DNA from: an uncultured Candidatus Saccharibacteria bacterium
Lineage (GTDB): Bacteria; Patescibacteriota; Minisyncoccia; Phycocordibacterales; UBA9973
DNA: 64,000 bases
Assembly: GCA_964622505.1 (NCBI GenBank)
Contig: CAZUQJ010000001.1
Location: 44,240 to 108,239 of the forward strand
Reading direction: 5' to 3'
Part shown: positions 9,776 to 18,755 of the stretch, piece by piece
Layout: every line of letters begins with the position of its first letter
Numbering within the stretch: position 1 is the stretch's first letter
Made by a program: the position numbers and the translations under genes
The notes under the pieces: generated by a model
The model's database searches: none
The model's input: only the letters and a program-made list of their open reading frames with translations
What the model was told of the DNA's origin: nothing

Positions 9776-10834
9776 ATGAAAAAAGAGGAATCATCTCATA
9801 TCGCCCTATATCGTAAATACCGCCCGCAAGCTTTTGCTGATGTTGTCGGTCAGGATCATATTGTGACTGCGGTTAAAGGCGCGCTTGATTCTGGCAAGGT
9901 CAGCCACGCATATTTGCTCTGTGGTCCACGTGGTACAGGCAAGACAACAATTGCGCGGATTATCGCCCGTGAGCTTGGCACAAGCCCAAACGATATCTAT
10001 GAGCTCGATGGTGCAAGTAATCGCAAGATCGAAGATGTGCGTGAGATCCGCGAAAATATCCGTACACTACCTTTTGATTCTAAATACAAAGTCTACATTA
10101 TCGATGAAGTGCACATGTTTACAAAAGAGGCATGGAATGCACTATTGAAAACTCTCGAGGAGCCACCTGAGCATGTCATATTTATACTTGCAACGACCGA
10201 GCTCGACAAAGTACCCGAGACAATCATTTCGCGTTGTCAGACTTTTACTTTCCACAAGCCGACAGATCTTGTCCTGGCCGAAGTTGTTAAAAACACAAGC
10301 AAGAAAGAAGGGTACAAGATCGATGAAGGAGGGGCAGAGCTTCTGGCATTGATCGGTGATGGCTCATTTCGTGATACGTTGTCGAACTTGGATAAAGTAA
10401 TTTCTTTTGCAAAGAGCAAAAATATTACGATAGCTGATATTGCAGGCGTGACTGGTGCGCCGGAGCGCACACTCGTAGAGGACTTTATATCCTCAATTGC
10501 AACCAATGATATCGCACGGGGCTACGAAGTGGTCCATACTGCGAGTATTCAAAATGTAGACATGAAGATCTATATCAAAATGATCCTTTCAACACTCCGC
10601 TATGCACTCATGTTGCGCTACGCTCCGAATACAAAGGCAAAAATTGCTTCATCTCTATCAGCTCACGACATGGAATTTATTTCCGATATTATAAAAGACA
10701 AGCCGGAATTCATCACTTCTCGCACACTTTCCGTACTTCTTGAAGCGTACCAGAGTACACGTTTTGCATTTATCGCGGAGTTGCCACTCGAGCTTGCTCT
10801 TGTAGATATATTAAAAAATGACACAAAGGCGTAA
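9776..10834 (+). CDS. dnaX: DNA polymerase III subunit gamma/tau (short, gamma-like form)
   Basis: AAA+ clamp-loader motifs LLCGPRGTGKTTIARIIAREL, DEVHM, SRC; only 352 aa (domains I-III). TATACT -10 box ends 6 nt before the ATG. Confidence 0.9.
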   Translation: MKKEESSHIALYRKYRPQAFADVVGQDHIVTAVKGALDSGKVSHAYLLCGPRGTGKTTIARIIARELGTSPNDIYELDGASNRKIEDVREIRENIRTLPFDSKYKVYIIDEVHMFTKEAWNALLKTLEEPPEHVIFILATTELDKVPETIISRCQTFTFHKPTDLVLAEVVKNTSKKEGYKIDEGGAELLALIGDGSFRDTLSNLDKVISFAKSKNITIADIAGVTGAPERTLVEDFISSIATNDIARGYEVVHTASIQNVDMKIYIKMILSTLRYALMLRYAPNTKAKIASSLSAHDMEFISDIIKDKPEFITSRTLSVLLEAYQSTRFAFIAELPLELALVDILKNDTKA

Positions 10835-10967
10835 GAGTTTCTTGACAGAGTGAAGGTAATCGTATACCATATCTATAGTTATGAACAATTTTGTAACAAC
10901 ATTGAAGAAGGGAAAGAAGAACTCCATTGAGGGCACTCTTTCCTAGTTGTTGATACAATAAACTCAG

Positions 10968-11004
10968 AAAAGAAAATGCTCTCGCAAGAGAGCATTTTCT
11001 TTTT
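10968..11004 (+). terminator. Rho-independent terminator after dnaX (followed by a second hairpin at 11012-11045)
   Basis: GAAAATGCTCTC-gcaa-GAGAGCATTTTC then TTTTTT. Confidence 0.6.
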
Positions 11005-11124
11005 TAGAGCTTGGGATTTGGATATGTATCGTATCCAAATCCCAGCCTCTAAGCAAGTGTTTAGAATTTACTGGAAAATTTGTCCTTTTAAAATAATAAA
11101 TATAAAAAATAAATAATAAAATTT

Positions 11125-11607
11125 ATGGATACAGTTAATCAAACTTTTCTGATCGATGGTGGCCCCGCATTTGTGCGCCATGGCGTTTCTACTCCCGTGC
11201 TTCTTCATAAATATTATGATGAAGGTGAATGGAGTCCTAATCTTTTTTCTCTTGAAATTATTAAAGACAAAGAAGAATTTCTAAATATAAGGCGTGGTGC
11301 AAATTGCCATGCCCTGGAATTCTATTTCAGAAACCAGAAACTAACACGAGAGCTTGTTGCCAATTCAGGAGTTACAAAAATCATTATTGTGGGTACTGTT
11401 TTCAGTCTGCATGGGGATCCTCATTATGAGGTTTTAAACCTTATTCCAAATGCGCATGTCGACAAGGAATGGTTTTATGGTTTTGAAACTGCTGATGCAA
11501 TATTACAATCAAAGGAACTGGTGGCCGTATTGTTAACAAATCAAACACTGTCTATTATCAACTTGTCAGATTCAGATGTTGTAACTGTGGGTCATGGAAC
11601 TTGCTGA
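11125..11607 (+). CDS. hypothetical protein
   Basis: 160-aa ORF ending in TGA, with GCCCCAGT/ACTGGGGC terminator at 11633-11665. Confidence 0.4.
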   Translation: MDTVNQTFLIDGGPAFVRHGVSTPVLLHKYYDEGEWSPNLFSLEIIKDKEEFLNIRRGANCHALEFYFRNQKLTRELVANSGVTKIIIVGTVFSLHGDPHYEVLNLIPNAHVDKEWFYGFETADAILQSKELVAVLLTNQTLSIINLSDSDVVTVGHGTC

Positions 11608-11736
11608 GTATTCAAAAATTTTACAAAATCTTGCCCCAGTATATTTTACTGGGGCATTATTTATTGTCGTAATGTACCATAGATTATTGTCTTTTTGTTG
11701 TTTTTAGTGTACTTTATATCTATATCTACTATATAT

Positions 11737-11807
11737 TGGGGTATCGTCTAATGGTAGGACAGAGGCCTTTGAAGCCTTTAATCGAGGTTCGAATCCTTGT
11801 ACCCCAG
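11737..11807 (+). tRNA. tRNA-Gln (anticodon UUG)
   Basis: Cloverleaf by hand: acceptor UGGGGUA/UACCCCA, D-arm GUC-UAAUGGUAG-GAC, anticodon arm GAGGC-CUUUGAA-GCCUU (UUG), T-arm CGAGG-UUCGAAU-CCUUG, discriminator G, no encoded CCA; close to E. coli tRNA-Gln architecture. Confidence 0.85.
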
Positions 11808-12019
11808 CAAAAAAGCGAAGCGTTTATGGGGTAAGAAAGCAAACAAGTTTGCTTTCGACAAGGATTCGAAGACCTTGAGTATATCGCACGCATCTGCCAT
11901 CGGCAGAGCGTACGATACGAAAGGTGTACTGATCCTGTAAGGATCGAAATTCCTTGTACTCTGAGGATAAAATAACTAGCTTATTTTATCCTCCATAAAA
12001 TGCTAGAATATTGGGATAC

Positions 12020-13459
12020 ATGAAAAACTTGGTAGAAATTGTTGGCGATATCGAGCCTTTGAACATAAAGGGCTCTTTGGACGTATTGATTTCCTCTGTT
12101 TCTATCAATTCTGCGCTTGTAGTTCCCGATGCACTTTTTATTGCTATTGTCGGCGCCCAAGTTGATGGCCATGATTTTATTGACGACGCAATCAGTAAAG
12201 GTGCGAAAGTTATTGTCTACGAAAAAGATATAGAATTCAAAGATGGGATTGTATATATCAAAGTTGCTGATAGTCATGAAGCATCGGGTAAGATTGCCAA
12301 TGCTTATTATGATTATCCTTCAAAAAAATTGAAAATTATTGGTGTCACAGGAACAAATGGCAAGACAACTATTGTTACACTACTTCACCAACTGTTTCGC
12401 AACCTTGGATACAAAGCGGGCATGATCGGGACAGTAGCAAATAAAATCAATGACGATAGTGTTGAAGCAGTCCGCACTACTCCCGACCCGATCACACTCA
12501 ACGAAACTTTGGCTCAAATGGTAGAAGCGGGTTGTGGGTATTGCTTTATGGAAGTTAGCTCTCATGCGGTAGCGCTCAAACGTATCGAAGGATTGGAATT
12601 TGTAGGTGGCGTATTTACCAACCTCACGCATGACCATCTGGATTTCCACAACACTATAGAAGAATATGCAAAAGCCAAACAAGATTTTTTCACTAGTTTA
12701 CCATCCACAAGTTTCGCACTTTCAAATATGGACAGTGACAAGGGAGAGTTTATGCTGGAATCTACAAAAGCAAAAAAGTATTTTTATTCAAGAGAAAAGC
12801 CTGCAGATTTTACTGGCGCAGTAGACACCAAATTGATAGGTGACTTCAATCAATCAAATATATTGGCTGTACTTGGTACGGCAGTATTGCTAGGCGTAGA
12901 CGAGAAAGTAGCGAGAGAGGAGATCAAAAAGCTTGATCCAGCGCCAGGCAGATTTATATCATGGACCAGTCCGACTGGTACAATTGGGATTGTAGACTAT
13001 TCACATACCCCAGATGCTTTGGAAAATGTGTTAAAAACAATCCAAAATCTTGTAGGTGTCCAACACCTACATAAGGAGGTGTCCAACACCTACAAGCCCA
13101 AAGTGATTACGGTTGTGGGTTGTGGTGGTGACCGAGATAAAGCAAAGCGTCCAGTGATGGCTAAAATTGCTTATAATATGAGTGATATTGTGATCCTGAC
13201 TTCAGACAATCCCCGTAGTGAAAATCCTCAAACGATTTTGGTTGAGATGCAAAAAGGTCTACCAGAAAATTATCAGAACAAAGTACAAATAATAGAAGAT
13301 CGGCACTTGGCAATCCAAAAAGCATGCGAACTCGCAAAAAGTGGTGACTACATATTACTTGCTGGCAAAGGTCATGAAAATTACCAAGAGGTAAATGGAG
13401 TCAAAACGCATTTTGATGATATGGAAGAATTAAAAAAGTGTTTTGATAAAATGATATAA
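12020..13459 (+). CDS. murE: UDP-N-acetylmuramoyl-L-alanyl-D-glutamate--2,6-diaminopimelate ligase
   Basis: Mur ligase motifs IGVTGTNGKTT, DYSHTPDALENVL, VGCGGDRDKAKRP, DNPRSENP; ORF track start 12011 is TTG, first ATG at 12020. Confidence 0.9.
   Translation: MKNLVEIVGDIEPLNIKGSLDVLISSVSINSALVVPDALFIAIVGAQVDGHDFIDDAISKGAKVIVYEKDIEFKDGIVYIKVADSHEASGKIANAYYDYPSKKLKIIGVTGTNGKTTIVTLLHQLFRNLGYKAGMIGTVANKINDDSVEAVRTTPDPITLNETLAQMVEAGCGYCFMEVSSHAVALKRIEGLEFVGGVFTNLTHDHLDFHNTIEEYAKAKQDFFTSLPSTSFALSNMDSDKGEFMLESTKAKKYFYSREKPADFTGAVDTKLIGDFNQSNILAVLGTAVLLGVDEKVAREEIKKLDPAPGRFISWTSPTGTIGIVDYSHTPDALENVLKTIQNLVGVQHLHKEVSNTYKPKVITVVGCGGDRDKAKRPVMAKIAYNMSDIVILTSDNPRSENPQTILVEMQKGLPENYQNKVQIIEDRHLAIQKACELAKSGDYILLAGKGHENYQEVNGVKTHFDDMEELKKCFDKMI
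13049..13096 (+). repeat. 48-bp twin-hairpin palindromic element inserted in-frame in murE (copy 1 of 2)
   Basis: CTTGTAGGTGTCCAACACCTAC-ATAAGGAG-GTGTCCAACACCTACAAG encodes VGVQHLHKEVSNTY, an insertion relative to the usual MurE linker before GCGGDRD; near-identical copy in atpG at 61228-61275. Confidence 0.6.
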
Positions 13460-13466
13460 TATTTTT

Positions 13467-15206
13467 ATGGACAAAATTTGTACACGATGCAAAACAGAAT
13501 TTACCATAACAGAAAATGATACTATATTTTATCAGAAAATTTCTGTGCCACCACCTACACTTTGCCCCAACTGTCGTTGTGCGCGACGCATGGTCCACCG
13601 CAACGAGCGTAATTTGTATAAAAGAAAATGTGACGTCACGGGCAAAGATATTATATCGATCTATCGAGCAGATTGTCCGTATACTGTTTGTGATAAGGAA
13701 TACTATTTTTCTGATTCATTTGACCCATTCGCGTACGGAGTAGCCTACAATCCCGACCTGACCTTTTTTGAACAATTTTATGCATTTGCAAAGAAAGTTC
13801 CAATGTCGTCTCTTTTTATTCAAACCTCAGAGAATTGTGAATACAATCAAGACATGAGTGGTGCGTTGAATTGCTATCTTTGCTCGCGTACACACGACTC
13901 TACAAATATGTTTTATACCTATCGAGGAAACAAATCGAGTGACTGCATTGATTGTTTTCAAGTAGTAGAAGCATCAGAATTTCTGTATGAATGTGTGAAT
14001 TCTTCGAATTCAAGCAATAGCCAGTTTTTGCATTCATGTGATAAATGTTCGGATTCAAGTTTCCTATACAACTGCGTTGGGTGTATTGATTGTTTTATGT
14101 GTACTGATCAGCGAGGCAAGCAATGCTACTATAAAAACCAGCAATACTCTCGCGAAGAATACAAAAAAATACTAGATTCATATAATCTCTCAACATATGA
14201 GGGACAACAAAGAGCGCTTGCAGAATTTGAAGCATTTTTGAAAAAGTTTCCTCGAAAGAATTTGAACGTAATTCGATCAGACAATGTTTCGGGGGATGGT
14301 ATTTTTGATTCAAAAGATTGTAATAATGTTTTTAATGTGCGAACGACAGAAAATTGCTCATATATATGGGACTCTATGAGGTACAAGGATTCGATGGATG
14401 CGTATTCTGGAGCAAGTGTTGAGCTTGTCTATGAAGCAACGGCCACTACTAATCACAGTAGCAATTGTCATTTTTGTGTTCGAATATATAAAGGGAGTCG
14501 TGACTGTGAATATAGTTGGTTTTTGAGAAATTGTTCAAATTGTTTCGGTTGCGTCAGCCTCAAGGATAAAGAATATTGTATTTTTAATATACAGTATTCA
14601 AAGGAAGAGTATTTTTCTATTCTCGAACAAATAAAAAGTAAAATGATTGCCGACGGTGAGTATGGAGAATTTTTCCCTTTCTATACTTCGCCATTTCCAT
14701 ACAACGACACCGTTGCGCAAGAATATTTTCCGCTTGATAAAAAAAGTGCAGTAGACCATGGACTGCAATGGGGTGAAATGGAAGAGAAAAAGCATCAAAC
14801 AACAATGACAGCACTCGAATTACCAGATGCTATTGCTGATGTAACTGATGCAATTTTACGAGAAACAATTGCGTGTGAGCACGACGGGGAATGTGCCCAT
14901 GGCTGCACAAAAGCATTTCGGATTGTGGCCGATGAATTGGCATATTATAGGAGGAAAGGCATACCACTGCCGAAAAAATGCCCAAACTGTCGATACTATC
15001 GCCGGCTTGAGTACCGTAACCCCACTCGCTTACGTGATATAGTATGTATGTGCCGAGGAGCGGAAATGGCCAATGGGGTATATAAAAATACAGTAGCGCA
15101 TGCTCATGGAGACAGTCCTTGTGGCGAGAATGTACAGACTACGATAAAAGAAGAGGGAGGATTTATAATCTATTGCGATCAATGCTATAAAAAAGAAGTA
15201 TTTTAA
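13467..15206 (+). CDS. Cys-rich protein with N- and C-terminal zinc-ribbon modules and internal CxxC repeats (function unknown)
   Basis: N-term CTRCKTEF..FYQK..PPPTLCPNCR and C-term C..GCTKAFRIV..YYRRKGIPLPKKCPNCRYYRR are internal duplicates; centre holds >10 CxxC-x(5-10)-aromatic repeats; sits between murE and murD. Confidence 0.5.
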   Translation: MDKICTRCKTEFTITENDTIFYQKISVPPPTLCPNCRCARRMVHRNERNLYKRKCDVTGKDIISIYRADCPYTVCDKEYYFSDSFDPFAYGVAYNPDLTFFEQFYAFAKKVPMSSLFIQTSENCEYNQDMSGALNCYLCSRTHDSTNMFYTYRGNKSSDCIDCFQVVEASEFLYECVNSSNSSNSQFLHSCDKCSDSSFLYNCVGCIDCFMCTDQRGKQCYYKNQQYSREEYKKILDSYNLSTYEGQQRALAEFEAFLKKFPRKNLNVIRSDNVSGDGIFDSKDCNNVFNVRTTENCSYIWDSMRYKDSMDAYSGASVELVYEATATTNHSSNCHFCVRIYKGSRDCEYSWFLRNCSNCFGCVSLKDKEYCIFNIQYSKEEYFSILEQIKSKMIADGEYGEFFPFYTSPFPYNDTVAQEYFPLDKKSAVDHGLQWGEMEEKKHQTTMTALELPDAIADVTDAILRETIACEHDGECAHGCTKAFRIVADELAYYRRKGIPLPKKCPNCRYYRRLEYRNPTRLRDIVCMCRGAEMANGVYKNTVAHAHGDSPCGENVQTTIKEEGGFIIYCDQCYKKEVF

Positions 15207-16619
15207 ATGAAAAATTACAAACAACAATTTAAAGGGAAGAAGATAACTATTATGGGGCTGGGGCTTCTGGGTCGGGGGCTTGGGTATACCAAGTTCCTAG
15301 CCGAGTGTGGTGCGGATTTGATCGTCACTGATTTAAAACCTGAGAAAGAATTAGAAACTTCAATTAAACAATTACGAAAATTCGCAAACCCCGAAGGAAA
15401 GAGTACTTCCAACGGGGCAAGTATACAGTTTGTTTTGGGGGAGCATAGATTGCAGGATTTCAAAAACAGAGACATGATTATCAAAAATCCTGGTATACCA
15501 ATGGACTCTATCTATATAAAGGAAGCTCGCAAAAACAATATTCCGATAGAGATGGATGTATCATTTTTTGCTAAATGTGCGCCGGATGTAATGATTATTG
15601 GAGTAACTGGCACTCGTGGTAAGAGTATGACAACAATGCTGATTCACGACATTTTGAAGCAAAATGAAAAATTCTTAAAGCATCCTTCGACTACGCTCAG
15701 GACAAAAAAACCTACAGTTTTTTTGGGTGGGAACATTCGTGGAGTTGCGACACTGCCATTACTGAAGCAAGTACAGCCAGGCGATATCCTTGTGTGTGAG
15801 CTTGATTCATGGCAACTGCAAGGCTTTGGTGAGGCGAAACTCTCGCCACAGGTATCTGTTTTTACGACTTTTATGCGTGACCATATGAATTATTACAAAG
15901 ATGATGTGGATATGTATTTTGAAGATAAGGCCAACATTTTTAAGTATCAGAAAAAAGGTGATGCATTAGTTATCTTGCCTAAGATGAAAAAATTGATCAA
16001 GAAAAATATAAAAAGTAAATTGATCATTGCCAATAGTAAAGACGTAGAGAAGTTTGATTTTGTTGTGCCTGGTGTTCACCAACGCGAAAACTTGGCTTGT
16101 GCATTTGAGGTGGCAAAGATTTTCGGCATTCCGGAATCAAAAATAAAATCTGCAGTTAAAAATTTCAAAGGAGTTGAAGGCCGATTGCAATACGTAAAAA
16201 CAGTTAAAGGGGTCAAAATTTACAATGACAACAATGCAACAACTCCCGAAGCAACAATAGCAGGGCTTGAAGCATTGTCTTCTGCAAGGTTTGACCTAGC
16301 GGAGAAAAAAATAATCTTGATTGCTGGTGGTTCGGATAAAAAGTTGGATACCAAAATACTAGCGAATGCAGTAAATAAGGATTGTAAAGAAGCCATATTT
16401 TTAAAAGGTACTGGCACAGAAAGTTTTTTAACGAATAACACATTGCGAATTCCTACAGAAATTGTAGGTAACTTAAAAGACGCAATAGCTTATGCACTGA
16501 AAGTTGCCAAGAAAGGTGATATAATCTTATTTTCACCAGCATTTGCTTCATTTGGCTTGTTTAATAATGAATATGAGCGCAATGACGAATTTATGAAAAT
16601 TGTTAAAAAACTGAAATAG
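15207..16619 (+). CDS. murD: UDP-N-acetylmuramoylalanine--D-glutamate ligase
   Basis: N-terminal Rossmann GLGLLGRG, Mur ligase P-loop IGVTGTRGKSMTT, HQRENLACA, GVEGRLQY motifs. Confidence 0.9.
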   Translation: MKNYKQQFKGKKITIMGLGLLGRGLGYTKFLAECGADLIVTDLKPEKELETSIKQLRKFANPEGKSTSNGASIQFVLGEHRLQDFKNRDMIIKNPGIPMDSIYIKEARKNNIPIEMDVSFFAKCAPDVMIIGVTGTRGKSMTTMLIHDILKQNEKFLKHPSTTLRTKKPTVFLGGNIRGVATLPLLKQVQPGDILVCELDSWQLQGFGEAKLSPQVSVFTTFMRDHMNYYKDDVDMYFEDKANIFKYQKKGDALVILPKMKKLIKKNIKSKLIIANSKDVEKFDFVVPGVHQRENLACAFEVAKIFGIPESKIKSAVKNFKGVEGRLQYVKTVKGVKIYNDNNATTPEATIAGLEALSSARFDLAEKKIILIAGGSDKKLDTKILANAVNKDCKEAIFLKGTGTESFLTNNTLRIPTEIVGNLKDAIAYALKVAKKGDIILFSPAFASFGLFNNEYERNDEFMKIVKKLK

Positions 16620-16620
16620 T

Positions 16621-17406
16621 ATGGAAAAATTTTCTATTACAAATCGATATGGTTTAAAAATAGTTGGGGAATTACATATCCCAGTAAATGTTGCTGGGCT
16701 TGCTTTTGTCGAGCATGGGCTCGGTGGTACTAAGGAACAACCAAATACCATGGCCATGGTATATACATTGTTTGCCAATAATTATATTGTTGTGAATTTT
16801 GATGCGACAAATTCTATTGGCGAAAGTGGGGGTAAATATGAAAATGCCACAATGCAATTGCATTATGAAGACCTTGTGGATGTTATAGCTTGGGCAAAGG
16901 GGCAAGATTGGTATAAAGAACCTTTTGTTCTGGCAGGACATAGTTTGGGTGGATATGCAGTGGCTCAATATGCTGAAGATTACCCTGAGCAAGTTAAAGC
17001 CGTATTTCCATTTGCCCTAGTTGTGTCAGGAGCATTGAGTTATAAAAAATACGAACAGTTTAAATCTGAAGAATTTAAAAGTTGGAAAGAAACAGGGTGG
17101 AAAGAAGAAATGAGTACATCAAAACCAGGATTTATAAAAAGATTGCCATGGTCTCATATGGAAGAAAGGTTACAGCATGATTTGTTATCACACGCATCGA
17201 AGCTAAAGATGCCGATACTTTTTGTAATAGGAGAAAACGATACCTCTTGCCCGCCAGAACATCAAAAAGTGTTATATGATATACTACCTGAAATTACAGA
17301 CAAAGAGTTCCATGTTGTAAAAGGTGCACCGCATACGTTTAAAGAAGCTCATGACATAGAAGAATTAAAAAATATTTTCGATACATGGCTTAAGAAATTA
17401 AAATAA
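16621..17406 (+). CDS. alpha/beta-hydrolase fold protein (esterase/dienelactone-hydrolase-like)
   Basis: Nucleophile elbow GHSLGG, downstream acid/His residues; 261 aa. Confidence 0.6.
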   Translation: MEKFSITNRYGLKIVGELHIPVNVAGLAFVEHGLGGTKEQPNTMAMVYTLFANNYIVVNFDATNSIGESGGKYENATMQLHYEDLVDVIAWAKGQDWYKEPFVLAGHSLGGYAVAQYAEDYPEQVKAVFPFALVVSGALSYKKYEQFKSEEFKSWKETGWKEEMSTSKPGFIKRLPWSHMEERLQHDLLSHASKLKMPILFVIGENDTSCPPEHQKVLYDILPEITDKEFHVVKGAPHTFKEAHDIEELKNIFDTWLKKLK

Positions 17407-17410
17407 AATT

Positions 17411-18730
17411 ATGGAAGATTTAGATTTAACACAAATAAAACACATTCACTTTATCGGCATTGGCGGGATTGGTATCTCCGCTCTGGCTCGTATGATGCTC
17501 TATGAAGAGAAAAAGGTTAGTGGGCAGGATATGCAAGATTCGGAAATTGTCGCAGAATTAAAAAAATCCGGCGCCAAGATCACCATAGGGCAATCGCTCG
17601 ATGCTATTCCAAAAAGTACAGACTTGATCGTGTACACTATTGCTATTGAGAACTATGATCCAGAGCTTTTTGACGTATTGAAAAACCAAGAGGACATTCC
17701 GATCCGATCGTACCCAGAGATGCTCAATATTGTGACTCGTGGTAAGTACACTATCGCGATCTCTGGTACTCATGGCAAGACGACCACTACAGGTATGATC
17801 GCCAAAGTCCTCGGAGACACAGGCAACGATCCAACAGTCATAGTTGGTAGTGTGTTGACGGACATGCATACAAATTTCCTCGCGGGCAAGAGCCAGTATT
17901 TCGTCGTTGAGGCGTGCGAATACCGCCGATCATTTCTCAATATCAATCCAAACATACTCGTGATTACCAATATTGATGCCGACCACTTGGATTATTATAA
18001 AGATATGGATGATATAAAAAGTGCTTTTCGAGAGCTTGCATTGAAGGTTCCAAAAAGTGGCTTTGTCATTTGTAATCCAACCGATCCGCATATTATTGAT
18101 GTTGTGGCAGGTATCGAAGCGCAGGTTGTAGATTACGAAAGATTTTTCGATGAAAATTTGGAGCTTACATTGCCAGGAATTCACAACAAGCAAAATGCAG
18201 CTTGTGCGACTGCTGTTGGTGTATCGATAGAAATCGACCCTGAAAATATCAAAGAATCCTTGGAGCAATTTGCAGGCGCGGCGCGACGATTTGAATATAA
18301 AGGCGAGATGAAAAGTGGGACAAAGATCTATGATGACTATGCGCACCATCCGACCGAGATTGTGGCATCACTCCAAGGATTTCGAGAATTGTATTCCAAA
18401 GAAGACGGATGGCGCCTGACGATAGTATTCCAGCCACATTTGTTTAGCCGAACCCGAGCACTACTCGAAGATTTTGCAAAAAGTTTCGTTGATGCTGACG
18501 AGGTAGTACTCTTACCGATCTACTATGCACGCGAAGAAGATGACGGCACTATATCGTCGGAGCTATTGGCTGAAAAAATTACAGAGAGTGGGACTGAAGC
18601 CAAAGCATTTATTGATTTTGAAACTGCAGAAGAATATATCCGGACACTTGCGCTTGATGATAAAAATATACTAATCACAATGGGTGCCGGCGAAGCTTTT
18701 AAAATAGGAGATGCATTAATCCAAAAATAA
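17411..18730 (+). CDS. murC: UDP-N-acetylmuramate--L-alanine ligase
   Basis: HIHFIGIGGIGISALA, ISGTHGKTTTTGM, DADHLDYY motifs. Confidence 0.9.
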   Translation: MEDLDLTQIKHIHFIGIGGIGISALARMMLYEEKKVSGQDMQDSEIVAELKKSGAKITIGQSLDAIPKSTDLIVYTIAIENYDPELFDVLKNQEDIPIRSYPEMLNIVTRGKYTIAISGTHGKTTTTGMIAKVLGDTGNDPTVIVGSVLTDMHTNFLAGKSQYFVVEACEYRRSFLNINPNILVITNIDADHLDYYKDMDDIKSAFRELALKVPKSGFVICNPTDPHIIDVVAGIEAQVVDYERFFDENLELTLPGIHNKQNAACATAVGVSIEIDPENIKESLEQFAGAARRFEYKGEMKSGTKIYDDYAHHPTEIVASLQGFRELYSKEDGWRLTIVFQPHLFSRTRALLEDFAKSFVDADEVVLLPIYYAREEDDGTISSELLAEKITESGTEAKAFIDFETAEEYIRTLALDDKNILITMGAGEAFKIGDALIQK

Positions 18731-18755
18731 TTTATTTTTGTGATATAATAAATAT

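Noticed and set aside
9553-9816. 87-aa ORF in the dnaX upstream region
   Set aside because: It overlaps the dnaX start and the strand-specific terminator hairpin and has no coding signature; the region is more likely non-coding or ncRNA.
11866-11952. Calling a second, class-II tRNA downstream of tRNA-Gln
   Set aside because: Acceptor and T-arm-like pairings exist, but I could not fold a consistent D-arm and anticodon arm by hand; left as a finding rather than a feature.
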